In this document: positions 43,748 to 51,722 of the stretch, piece after piece
How the letters are laid out: the number at the start of each line of letters is the position of its first letter
How positions within the stretch are numbered: position 1 is the stretch's first letter
Virus record (IMG/VR): IMGVR_UViG_3300045988_180913
Direction: 5' to 3' (one strand)
DNA length: 64,000 nucleotides
From: a virus
Notes under the pieces: model-generated
Databases searched by the model: none
What the model saw: the letters and a program-made list of their open reading frames with translations, nothing else
What the model was told of the DNA's origin: nothing
Position numbers and translations under genes: made by a program

Positions 43748-44914
43748 ATGGCATATTTTCCACCAACAATAGATGCTTCAGGTATAAAGATACCATCATA
43801 TCAAGACGTGCTGGATTATTTTGTTGAAAAGACAAAATCAATTTATGGTGATGATATTTATTTGTCTGAAGATTCACAAGACTATCAACTTTTGTCAACA
43901 TTTAGTTTGTTATTTTATGATGTATGCCAATGCTTGATACTTGATTATAATTCTCATAGTCCTGATACAGCAATAGGTACAGCTTTAGATAAGATTGCTG
44001 CTTATATGGGGATAAAGAGAAAGGTTGGCACTTCAAGCACAGTTTTGTTGACATGTACAGGTGATCCTGGTACAATAGTTAGTTATGGGTCAGCAATTGA
44101 TGTAAATGGATATATATGGCAACTTGAAAAAGAATTTGAAATACCTGATGAAGGCAATATAAAAGTAAATGCAAGTTGTGTTGAAAGTGGTGCAATACAA
44201 GCTCCTATAGGTACAATTAACAAGATCAATACACCAACAGCAGGATGGAAGAGTGTGACAAATGAGTATCCTGCTACAGTAGGTTCAGATATCGAAACTG
44301 ATAGTGAGTTAAGAGAAAGGCTTGAGTTGGCAGCATCTGGTCCAGCTCTAACAAATTTTGAAAGTATTATAACAAAAGTACAAGAACTTGATAATGTCAT
44401 AAGAATAAAGGGGTATGAGAATTTTACTTCAGCTTATGATGATCTTGGGTTACCACCCCATTCAATTTCTTTGGTTGTTGAGGGTGGTGATGAAAATGAA
44501 ATAGCTAATGCAATTTTCAAAAGAAAAACACCTGGCACTGATACATATGGGACAACAAAAGTTGATGTAGTGACGGAATCAAACCAAACACTTACAATTT
44601 CATTTTTTAGACCAGAATATAAAAATGTAAATATTGCTATAACAATAACAAAGTTGGAAAACTATACAGATGCAGTTGAAAACGAAATAAAAGAAAATAT
44701 ACTAAATGAATTTGCAGATATTGATATAGGTCAAACATTATATGCATCAAATTTATATTATCCAATTTTGTCTGCTTCAGGTGATATTTCATCACCTTCT
44801 TTTTTTATAAATTCTGTATCAATTAATGGAGGAATGAAAGTAGCACCAACAATGCTTCAATTATTGACAACAGATGTTTCATTGATAACAATAACAAAGA
44901 ATGAGAGTGATTAA
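43748..44914 (+). CDS. baseplate J-like protein
   Basis: 388 aa. YQDVLDYFVEKTKSIYGDDIY...DTAIGTALDKIAAYMGIKRK fits the typical GpJ layout. Confidence 0.7.
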   Translation: MAYFPPTIDASGIKIPSYQDVLDYFVEKTKSIYGDDIYLSEDSQDYQLLSTFSLLFYDVCQCLILDYNSHSPDTAIGTALDKIAAYMGIKRKVGTSSTVLLTCTGDPGTIVSYGSAIDVNGYIWQLEKEFEIPDEGNIKVNASCVESGAIQAPIGTINKINTPTAGWKSVTNEYPATVGSDIETDSELRERLELAASGPALTNFESIITKVQELDNVIRIKGYENFTSAYDDLGLPPHSISLVVEGGDENEIANAIFKRKTPGTDTYGTTKVDVVTESNQTLTISFFRPEYKNVNIAITITKLENYTDAVENEIKENILNEFADIDIGQTLYASNLYYPILSASGDISSPSFFINSVSINGGMKVAPTMLQLLTTDVSLITITKNESD

Positions 44915-45496
44915 ATGATATCTGATGTTTTGGAAGAAGAAAAATACTTAAATATAATTACGTCAGAACATAGAATGAAAGAAAAATATGTTAGTTTTGT
45001 ATCATCAATATTAAAGCCACTTTTTGACACAGCAGAATGTATATCAAATAATGAGTATTTTTTTGATTTAGAATTTGCAATAGGAGATCAACTTGATATT
45101 ATAGGTGAAATAATAGGCATAGAAAGAAGAGTTGATTTTGTATTGGATGATGGTACACAAGTTTTAAATGATGATGATTATAGATTTTTAATAAAAGCAA
45201 CAATAGCAAGGAATCATTGGGATGGTTCAAGGGAAAATATATATGAAATTTGGAATAATCTTTTTCCAAATATAAGATTAAATTTAATAGATAATCTTGA
45301 CATGTCATGCTTAATTATTGTGATGTCAGAAGGAATGACAAAAAATCAAATTAGCATGTTGTTTGCAGGTTTGATTGTTCCGAGACCTGCAGGTGTACAA
45401 TATATTTACATGTTTGGAGAAAATGCAATATTTGCATTTGATATGGATAATGAGTTCTTTAAAGGATGGGATCAAGGTCATTGGGTTGCATATTGA
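44915..45496 (+). CDS. baseplate/tail protein (DUF2612, GpI/XkdU-like)
   Basis: Follows GpJ with TAAATG coupling. DLEFAIGDQLDIIGEIIGIER pattern. Confidence 0.55.
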   Translation: MISDVLEEEKYLNIITSEHRMKEKYVSFVSSILKPLFDTAECISNNEYFFDLEFAIGDQLDIIGEIIGIERRVDFVLDDGTQVLNDDDYRFLIKATIARNHWDGSRENIYEIWNNLFPNIRLNLIDNLDMSCLIIVMSEGMTKNQISMLFAGLIVPRPAGVQYIYMFGENAIFAFDMDNEFFKGWDQGHWVAY

Positions 45497-45521
45497 TGAT
45501 TATGAAAATTTAAAAAATATA

Positions 45522-45550
45522 TTTACAAAGAATTATAAATGTGTTATAAT
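45522..45550 (+). promoter_or_regulatory. sigma-A-type promoter (family copy P8)
   Basis: TTTACA (45522-27), 17 nt, TGT-TATAAT (45542-50). Confidence 0.7.
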
Positions 45551-45556
45551 AAAAAT

Positions 45557-45676
45557 AGATGAAATAGAAAATTCAAAGAAGTTAGAAAAATATGTAAAAT
45601 GTTAAAGTTATGGTAAGGTAAATTATAATTGTTGGCAAGATTGTTTAGTAGCTACTTTTGTGGCTACTAATTTTTG
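45557..45676 (+). ncRNA. ORF-less ~120-nt transcript (sRNA or terminator-gated leader of the endolysin gene)
   Basis: Bounded by P8 and terminator 45645-45676. Only an ATG-AAA-TAG micro-ORF is present. The endolysin RBS begins ~10 nt after the U-tract. Confidence 0.45.
45645..45676 (+). terminator. rho-independent terminator
   Basis: TTAGTAGC (45645-52) / GCTACTAA (45663-70), followed by TTTTTG. Confidence 0.65.
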
Positions 45677-45699
45677 CTAAAAATAAAAGAGGTGTTGAA

Positions 45700-46371
45700 A
45701 TGAGTGTTAAAACTTATAGCCTAAAAAAAGATGGTGAAAAAAATATAACAAAGAATTTTAAAGTTAAAGAATTTAAATGTAATGACGGAAGCGATAAAAT
45801 ATTGATATCAACAGAGACTGTGAATATGCTACAAAGTATAAGAGATTATTTTAAAGCACCAGTCGCAATAAATTCTGCTTATAGAACTGAAAGTTATAAT
45901 TCACTTGTTGGTGGTGCAAAATATTCACAACATGTAAAAGGCACAGCATGTGATATAAGTGTTAGCAATGTTCCACCAAAAGCTGTAGCTTCTTTAATAG
46001 AAGAGTTCTTTCCAAACACAGGGTGTGGTTTGTATACAACATTTGTGCATGTTGATACAAGAGGGTATAAAGTAAGATGGAAAAATTCAGGATCGAATGT
46101 TGTAAGCAATTTTGGTCTTGGAAAGCTATATGAAAAATATAAAGGTAAAGAGGAGGAAGATATTGTGACACAGCAGGAATTTAATAAAATGATGAATGAA
46201 TATCTTGAAGAGTTATCAAAGAAAGAACCAAATAGCTGGTCATTAGAATATAGAAAGTGGGCTGAGGAAAATGGTGTAATTACAGGTGATCCTGATGGGA
46301 ATAAGAGATATATGTCATATGTAACAAGAGAAGAAGCTGTAAAAATGATAAAGGAAGCGTTAGATGTTTGA
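45700..46371 (+). CDS. endolysin: peptidase M15A catalytic domain plus SLH-like C-terminal repeat
   Basis: AAGAGGTG RBS. FKVKEFKCNDGS...INSAYRTESYNSLVGGAKYSQHVKGTACDI (S.H..G.A.D). C-terminus WSLEYRKWAEENGVITGDPDGNKRYMSYVTREEAVKMI. Confidence 0.8.
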   Translation: MSVKTYSLKKDGEKNITKNFKVKEFKCNDGSDKILISTETVNMLQSIRDYFKAPVAINSAYRTESYNSLVGGAKYSQHVKGTACDISVSNVPPKAVASLIEEFFPNTGCGLYTTFVHVDTRGYKVRWKNSGSNVVSNFGLGKLYEKYKGKEEEDIVTQQEFNKMMNEYLEELSKKEPNSWSLEYRKWAEENGVITGDPDGNKRYMSYVTREEAVKMIKEALDV

Positions 46372-46396
46372 TCAATAAAAGTTTAAGGAGAATGTA

Positions 46397-46804
46397 ATGC
46401 AAGATCATGAAGACTTTATTTTATTTAGGCAAAAAATAAATTTGATGATGGAAAGTTTAGGAGAAAAGATAAAAGATCTTAGCAATAGAGTTGTAAAGCT
46501 TGAAAATAAAGTTGAAGGGTCAGATCATGTGTTACTTGAATTTCAAAATGATTTGAAGTTGATAGATATTGTTGTAAAAAATATAGATAGTTCGTTAAAG
46601 GAACTAAATAAAAGTATTGATGAAAGAGAAGAGAAAATAAAAATTATTAATGATGATGAAATAAGCTCTTTAAATAATAAAGTTCAAGAAGTTTTAGAAG
46701 AGCCTACAAAAAAATATAAAAGTAGAAAAGAAGTTGTGATAAACACAATAATAACAGTTATAATATCAGCATTAGTGACAGCAATTTTAGCCAACATTAT
46801 ATAG
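46397..46804 (+). CDS. XhlA-like lysis-associated protein (coiled coil plus C-terminal TM)
   Basis: Heptad-rich N-part and TM segment VVINTIITVIISALVTAILANII. Adjacent to the endolysin. Confidence 0.45.
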   Translation: MQDHEDFILFRQKINLMMESLGEKIKDLSNRVVKLENKVEGSDHVLLEFQNDLKLIDIVVKNIDSSLKELNKSIDEREEKIKIINDDEISSLNNKVQEVLEEPTKKYKSRKEVVINTIITVIISALVTAILANII

Positions 46805-46844
46805 TTTATTTTACATTTTTATAGATGTGAGGTAAATTGTAATA

Positions 46845-47135
46845 ATGGATAATAGTTTAAGTTTTGCTAAAAGATTAAAGAAGCTAAATAAAAATTCTAC
46901 AAAGATATTATTGAATGAGATTGGCCTTGACAAAGAGTCTAAGGAGATTTTATATAAAAGATATGTTGAAGAAATGTCATTAGTTGAGATTGCTAATGAG
47001 CTTGGATACACAAAAGAATCTACAAACAATTTATTGGCTAAATCAAGAAGAGTTCTTGAAGACATTATACTTGAACAATATGAATTGATGCCAATAAAAT
47101 TGCAAATGATAGCTGATTATTTATATGAGTTATAA
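46845..47135 (+). CDS. sigma-70 region-4-only HTH protein (putative late transcription regulator)
   Basis: SKEILYKRYVEEMSLVEIANELGYTKESTNNLLAKSRRVLEDI matches region 4.2 (L...Y....S..EIA..LG.s...v...l.rar..L). Only 96 aa. Confidence 0.6.
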   Translation: MDNSLSFAKRLKKLNKNSTKILLNEIGLDKESKEILYKRYVEEMSLVEIANELGYTKESTNNLLAKSRRVLEDIILEQYELMPIKLQMIADYLYEL

Positions 47136-47227
47136 AAAGATTTAAAATTTAATATTTAAAGGTTATTAAGTCCTCTTTTTGTTTTGTTAAAATTAAAATA
47201 TACAAAACGAAAGGAGGATTTTTTATT

Positions 47228-47770
47228 TTGGCAAATTATAATTATCCAAATTATTATATGGGAAATCCATATATGCAGAATCCTATGTTAAGTCAGCAAA
47301 ATAGATTGCAGTCAATGGAGAATCAATTCTTTGGAAATAATCAGCAACCTCAACAAAATAATTTAGTTTTAAAAGGAAGACCTGTAACAAGTTTTGATGA
47401 AGCTAAAGCAAGCATGATAGATCTTGATGGATCTGTTTTTATATTCCCAGATTATGCAAGTGGAAAAATATATACAAAGCAAATAAATATGGACGGCACA
47501 GCTTCAATTAGAACTTATGAACTTGTTAACCCAATGAATATGCAGCAGAGCAATCAAGCTAATCAAGGTGCTAATGAAATTGAGAATGAATTAAGAAATA
47601 AAATAAATGTTCTTGAGGGTAAGATAAATAAACTTGAAAGTGAGGTTGTAAGATATGTTCAATCCTTTGCAAATTCTTTCACAGCTGTCAAAAGCTCAGA
47701 ATCCACAAGTAATGATGTCACAAATGTTTCAGGGGAATCCTGCTATGGAAAGAGCAATGGAGATGACTAA
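47228..47770 (+). CDS. Q/N-rich (prion-like N-terminus) protein with conserved central domain and coiled coil
   Basis: TTG start after AAAGGAGGA. NYNYPNYYMGNPYMQNPMLSQQNRLQSMENQFFGNNQQPQQNN, then KGRPVTSFDEAKASMIDLDGSVFIFPDYASGKIYTKQ. The 3' end overlaps the next ORF by 116 nt. Confidence 0.55.
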   Translation: MANYNYPNYYMGNPYMQNPMLSQQNRLQSMENQFFGNNQQPQQNNLVLKGRPVTSFDEAKASMIDLDGSVFIFPDYASGKIYTKQINMDGTASIRTYELVNPMNMQQSNQANQGANEIENELRNKINVLEGKINKLESEVVRYVQSFANSFTAVKSSESTSNDVTNVSGESCYGKSNGDD

Positions 47771-47882
47771 TGGTAAAAGTGAAGAAGAAATAAAACAAAT
47801 AGTGATGAATTTAAGCAAGCAAGCAGGAGTAGATTTTGATGGGCTTTTAAATATGGCGAAAGGTATGGGCATAAAACTTTGA
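47655..47882 (+). CDS. hypothetical small protein
   Basis: GAGG RBS 8 nt upstream. Its frame opens only at 47652, so the start is independent. Sequence begins MFNPLQILSQLSKAQNPQVMMSQMFQGNPAMERAMEM. Confidence 0.5.
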   Translation: MFNPLQILSQLSKAQNPQVMMSQMFQGNPAMERAMEMTNGKSEEEIKQIVMNLSKQAGVDFDGLLNMAKGMGIKL

Positions 47883-47943
47883 TTAAATTGCAATTTAATA
47901 AATATAAATTATTTCTTTTTTCATCTTTTTTAGGAGGTAAAAA

Positions 47944-48648
47944 ATGGCAGGAGAAATGATGGGAGCTACACCTGTGTATGATGTTTGTGGCAATAATGGT
48001 AATTTTGGTGGTGGAACATGGACATGGGTATTTTTACTTTTCATTCTTTTAGCATGGGGCGGAAATGGCTTTGGTTTTGGAGGAAGAAATGATGCATATC
48101 AAGCAGGTCTTACAAGAGCAGAGCTTTGTGATGGATTTAATTTCAATCAAATTGAGAATGGTATAAGAGGGATACAGAATGGTCTTTGTGATGGATTTTA
48201 TGCACAAAATACCACAATGCTCCAGGGTTTTAATGGCATTCAGAGAGATATGTGCCAGGGATTTAGCACATTAAATTCAGGCATAACAAATCTTGGTTAC
48301 CAAATGCAGAATTGCTGCTGTGACACAAACAGAAATATTGATGCTGTAAGATATGAAGCAGCTAAGAATACTTGTGATATAACTACAGCAATTCATGCAG
48401 AAGGCGAAGCAACAAGAGCTTTAATTAATGCAAATACAATGCAGGATCTTAGAGATAGGCTTGAAGCAAGAGATAGAGAGCTTATGACTGCAAACTTCCA
48501 GCTTTCCCAGCAAGCACAGACAGCAAATTTAGTTGATGAGCTTAGACCGTGCAGTAGACCAGCTTATATTACATGTAGTCCATATGAATCTGCAAATAGT
48601 AGATTATTTGGATATGGTCGTGATTGCGGATGCGGTTACGGATGCTAA
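47944..48648 (+). CDS. Gly-rich N-terminal TM protein with Cys-rich ectodomain and CGCGYGC tail
   Basis: AGGAGGT RBS. GGGTWTWVFLLFILLAWGGNGFGFGG, then repeated C-D-G-F motifs (LCDGFNF, LCDGFYA, MCQGFST), CCCD, and the ending RDCGCGYGC. GC-richer codons than the genome background. Confidence 0.6.
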   Translation: MAGEMMGATPVYDVCGNNGNFGGGTWTWVFLLFILLAWGGNGFGFGGRNDAYQAGLTRAELCDGFNFNQIENGIRGIQNGLCDGFYAQNTTMLQGFNGIQRDMCQGFSTLNSGITNLGYQMQNCCCDTNRNIDAVRYEAAKNTCDITTAIHAEGEATRALINANTMQDLRDRLEARDRELMTANFQLSQQAQTANLVDELRPCSRPAYITCSPYESANSRLFGYGRDCGCGYGC

Positions 48649-48688
48649 AGTGAATATTTTTAATGTATAGTTACATCATTTAATTTTT

Positions 48689-48721
48689 AGGCGGGTGATG
48701 TAATGTCATCTGCCTTTTTTT
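48689..48721 (+). terminator. rho-independent terminator
   Basis: AGGCGGGTGAT (48689-99) pairs with GTCATCTGCCT (48705-15), with 3 G.U pairs. TTTTTTTG follows. Confidence 0.6.
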
Positions 48722-48739
48722 GTTATAGGAGGTACAAAA

Positions 48740-49186
48740 ATGACTTGTGATATAAGATATCAAAAGAGTGCTTTGAATGCTTTTACAAGAGCATCACAGA
48801 CAGTGAATGCACAAAGTGTTGTTGTGTTTAATAATAATTCACCATTTACAGGTTGTTCAATTTCCCATGCAGCTGGTGGAGGTACTGTGTCATTAAATAA
48901 GCCAGGAATATATCTTGTTGAGTTTAATGCAGATGCTTCATCAGTAGACACAGCTGGTGGTACACTTACAATGCAACTTACAAATAATGGAGTTCTGGTG
49001 CCATCAGCGGAAGCAACAGCTACAGTGACAGTAAATACAGCAATTGTAAATTTAAAGTTTGCAACAATTGTGCAGGTGTTAAATTCTTGCAATTGTGTAA
49101 AAAATGATGTTGATTTGACTGTCATAAATAATGGAGTTCAGGCAAATTTGACTAATGCAAATATTGTGGTTGTCAAATTAGCATGA
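48740..49186 (+). CDS. BclA C-terminal-domain-like (C1q/TNF jelly-roll) protein without collagen repeats
   Basis: GIYLVEFNADASS...LTMQLTNNGVLVPSAEATA...IVNLKFATIVQV...ANIVVVKLA parallels the BclA CTD pattern (G.Y.I...L.IQ.NG..VPG...I.....A.III.KVA). Confidence 0.5.
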   Translation: MTCDIRYQKSALNAFTRASQTVNAQSVVVFNNNSPFTGCSISHAAGGGTVSLNKPGIYLVEFNADASSVDTAGGTLTMQLTNNGVLVPSAEATATVTVNTAIVNLKFATIVQVLNSCNCVKNDVDLTVINNGVQANLTNANIVVVKLA

Positions 49187-49359
49187 TGAAGAATAGCTTA
49201 GAAGTATTTGATATGCTTGCTTTATTCTCTATTACCACAAGTCTTTTTAATATGAGCTTAAATGAAGGTCATATTGAAGAGCAGGAGAAAAATGAAGCAA
49301 GATTAAAAAGCATTGAACAAAAGATTGATAAAATATTAAGTAAGTATGAGGTGGATTAA
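49183..49359 (+). CDS. hypothetical small protein (58 aa)
   Basis: ATGATG overlaps the upstream stop. Ends 1 nt before the next ATG. Below the track cutoff. Confidence 0.4.
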   Translation: MMKNSLEVFDMLALFSITTSLFNMSLNEGHIEEQEKNEARLKSIEQKIDKILSKYEVD

Positions 49360-50064
49360 ATGGGAATGAGATACTATAATCTTACAAAGCAAAATGAGGT
49401 AAAAAATAATTCTCCTTTAAGACCAACTGTTGTAAAAGAGGATGATGAAAAGGAAAAGAAAGACCATTATGAACATCATAAAGAAGATGATGAAAATGAA
49501 TGGGAGGAAAAGATGGATGAAAGAAGAATAGGTGCAAATGAAAAGTTACCACATGAGCAATTAATGAGAGCAATTAATGTTTTTGCTATTGGATGTGATT
49601 TTCATGAGAATGCAAGTTTAGATTCACATAAGTTAGGTTTACAAGGGTTTAAAAGATTACATAGATATTTTTCAAGAAAAGATAATGAAGCAAAAATGAA
49701 GTTAGAGCATTATTGTATTGATATGTTTGGTGAAAAAGTTATGCCTGATTGGGATAAGCTTGAAAATCCAAAAATATCAAATACAGTGAAGGAAATGCTT
49801 GAGTCATATTTGGAGCATGAAACTGAAAAGTATGCTATAATTGCTGAAATAGCAAACATTCTTACAATGAATGAGTTTTTATATGAATCACATATGTTAA
49901 GAAAAGAATTGGAGCCTGTGACAAGAGAAATCATAAAATGTAAGAGGTATATTCAAGATTTTGAAAATAGTGACTGGAGCTGGCATCATATTAGATATAT
50001 AGATAATATGCTTCATACAAAATATAAAGAAAAAGAATGTGAAGAGTTTAGTTATAAAGATTAA
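49360..50064 (+). CDS. hypothetical helical protein (ferritin-like four-helix possibility, weak)
   Basis: 234 aa with an acidic N-part. GLQGFKRLHRYFSRKDNEAKMKLEHY and ESYLEHETEKY are E..H/E..E-type pairs. Confidence 0.4.
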   Translation: MGMRYYNLTKQNEVKNNSPLRPTVVKEDDEKEKKDHYEHHKEDDENEWEEKMDERRIGANEKLPHEQLMRAINVFAIGCDFHENASLDSHKLGLQGFKRLHRYFSRKDNEAKMKLEHYCIDMFGEKVMPDWDKLENPKISNTVKEMLESYLEHETEKYAIIAEIANILTMNEFLYESHMLRKELEPVTREIIKCKRYIQDFENSDWSWHHIRYIDNMLHTKYKEKECEEFSYKD

Positions 50065-50083
50065 TTTGAAAATGATTTATTTT

Positions 50084-50118
50084 AAAGCAGGGATTTAATT
50101 TCTCTGCTTTATTTTTTT
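50084..50118 (+). terminator. rho-independent terminator
   Basis: AAAGCAGGGA (50084-93) / TCTCTGCTTT (50101-10), followed by ATTTTTTT. Confidence 0.8.
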
Positions 50119-50127
50119 AAGTTTTTA

Positions 50128-50156
50128 TTTACAAACACATTATATTATGTTAGAAT
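50128..50156 (+). promoter_or_regulatory. sigma-A-type promoter (family copy P9) with conserved leader
   Basis: TTTACA (50128-33), 17 nt, TGT-TAGAAT (50148-56). Leader ATAAATATAAGGAA...TTAGTTGAAAAAATAGGAGA. Confidence 0.75.
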
Positions 50157-50215
50157 ATAAATATAAGGAATAGATGACAAGTATTAGTTGAAAAAATAGG
50201 AGAAAGAGGTTAGTA

Positions 50216-50665
50216 ATGAGATTATGGCATGTATATTTAATTAAAGTTTTGCCAATGAAACAGCTTGTTTCACAGTGGCGTGAGTGTTGTTGTATAGCTA
50301 AGAATATAGCAAACAAAGGTACACCAAATCATTTACTTGTAAATAAAGTATTAGAGTATCATTATAATAATTTTAATCACTATACAATGTTAGTGGTAAA
50401 TGAAATGAAAAATAGAGGGTATAAAGTAAGAGAAAATTCTATAAGTAATTTTATTGACAATCTTATTAGTGGAATTGATAAGTTTAATAATAGTAAGCCA
50501 ACAATGGTGTTATTTGAAGGTTGGCATAATGAAAGGTATTTAAAGCAGTGTTATTATAATTTGCAAGAAAAATATGATTGTGGAGGCATATCAAAAGAAG
50601 AGTGGATGAAGGTTTATAAATATGTGAATTTTGCTTTAGATTTAAGATTAGATGATGAAAAATAA
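50216..50665 (+). CDS. pyrimidine-dimer DNA glycosylase-like protein (DenV-related, TIGR02328-type)
   Basis: MRLWHVYLIKVLPMKQLVSQWRECCCIAKNI matches the MRLWH..Li..LP...L..QwRE signature. Confidence 0.65.
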   Translation: MRLWHVYLIKVLPMKQLVSQWRECCCIAKNIANKGTPNHLLVNKVLEYHYNNFNHYTMLVVNEMKNRGYKVRENSISNFIDNLISGIDKFNNSKPTMVLFEGWHNERYLKQCYYNLQEKYDCGGISKEEWMKVYKYVNFALDLRLDDEK

Positions 50666-50679
50666 TTTTTAAAAAGTAG

Positions 50680-50708
50680 TTTACAAATTTTAACTTATGT
50701 GTTATAAT
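50680..50708 (+). promoter_or_regulatory. sigma-A-type promoter (family copy P10)
   Basis: TTTACA (50680-85), 17 nt, TGT-TATAAT (50700-08). Confidence 0.7.
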
Positions 50709-50714
50709 TAATTT

Positions 50715-50830
50715 ATAATTTAAAGTTTTAGTTTTGAGCTTAGAAGGAAATAGTCAAAATATGTAATATAAGTATGTAATAACTATGTCCCATAGAAGCT
50801 CTAATAAAGCTTCTATGGGACTTTTTATTT
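50715..50830 (+). ncRNA. ORF-less ~115-nt transcript (sRNA or terminator-gated leader of the replication module)
   Basis: Bounded by P10 and the strong terminator at 50787-50830. Only ATG-TAA is present. Shares AAAATATGTAA with the 45557 unit. Confidence 0.5.
50787..50830 (+). terminator. rho-independent terminator
   Basis: Perfect 14-bp stem GTCCCATAGAAGCT (50787-800) / AGCTTCTATGGGAC (50808-21), followed by TTTTTATTT. Confidence 0.85.
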
Positions 50831-50907
50831 ACTTATATTAAAAACCAATGCAAAGAAATATCTAAGCAAAATAAGGAAGAATAGAGAGGAGAAGAATAAG
50901 AGTAAAA

Positions 50908-51237
50908 ATGAAAAAGCATAATGAATTTATTGAAAATCTTAAAGTAGGAGATCTTATTGCATTTAGAATGTATGAGAATGATGCTAAGATGTATTCCGGT
51001 AAAGTAACAAGAATTGGGGCAACCAGAATAGAAGTACAGACAAAAAATGGACAAAAGCATTTTGTTGATAAAGTATTAGTTCAATGGGTAAATAATAAAG
51101 GATTTTGGCCAAAGTTTGTAATGAGTGCATTTAAAGGAATTGATATTGTAGAGGATGAAGATAGAGTGAATGAAGGGAAAGTAGAGAGTGAAGAATTAGA
51201 TGAATGGGGAATTGACGAAAATGAAGGAGATAGATAA
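50908..51237 (+). CDS. hypothetical protein (SH3/Tudor-like N-part, acidic tail)
   Basis: 109-aa ORF with a GAGAGGAG RBS. Confidence 0.55.
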   Translation: MKKHNEFIENLKVGDLIAFRMYENDAKMYSGKVTRIGATRIEVQTKNGQKHFVDKVLVQWVNNKGFWPKFVMSAFKGIDIVEDEDRVNEGKVESEELDEWGIDENEGDR

Positions 51238-51721
51238 AAAGAGTGAATTAATATTAAATAAGAAAACAAAAAGGCTATTGGATTTACAAGATGAATTAAA
51301 TGCATGTGAAAATGAGCTAAAAGATGTAAAAGAAGAAATAATTGATTTTATGAATAAAAATGATATAAGTTCATATGATGCAATGTATGGAAATGATAAA
51401 AGATTTAAAATAAATAAAATTAGGTCAGGTAGAGTTGAATATAATGTTGAGAAAATAAAGAAAAAAATAACAAAAGATCAAAAAAGTGAAATATTGGAAA
51501 AAGAAGTAGAAATAGTTGATTTTGACAGATTTGTAAAAATAATGAAATTAAAAGGTATTAAATTAAAAGATATTATAGATTGTCTTGATATAAAAGAAAA
51601 AGTAAATACAAAAAAGTTACAAAATTTGTATGAAATAGGCGGAATAGATTTAACAAAAATTAATGATTGTTATAGCATAAAAGAAAATGAGTATTTAAAA
51701 GTGAAGCAAATGGAAGAATAG
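51221..51721 (+). CDS. hypothetical coiled-coil protein (Gp157/Gam-like position)
   Basis: ORF 51200..51721. ATG 51221 is the likely start. Confidence 0.45.
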   Translation: MKEIDKKSELILNKKTKRLLDLQDELNACENELKDVKEEIIDFMNKNDISSYDAMYGNDKRFKINKIRSGRVEYNVEKIKKKITKDQKSEILEKEVEIVDFDRFVKIMKLKGIKLKDIIDCLDIKEKVNTKKLQNLYEIGGIDLTKINDCYSIKENEYLKVKQMEE

Positions 51722-51722
51722 T

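Noticed and set aside
45375-45605. 76-aa plus-strand ORF overlapping the end of the GpI-like gene
   Set aside because: It is out of frame with the baseplate gene and has no RBS. Its 3' part coincides with promoter P8 and the ORF-less leader.
47140-47227. Sporulation-type (sigma-E/K-like) promoter upstream of the Q/N-rich gene (ATATACAAAA element)
   Set aside because: There is only a partial -10-like match and no convincing -35 at the right spacing. It cannot be supported without a scan against validated matrices.
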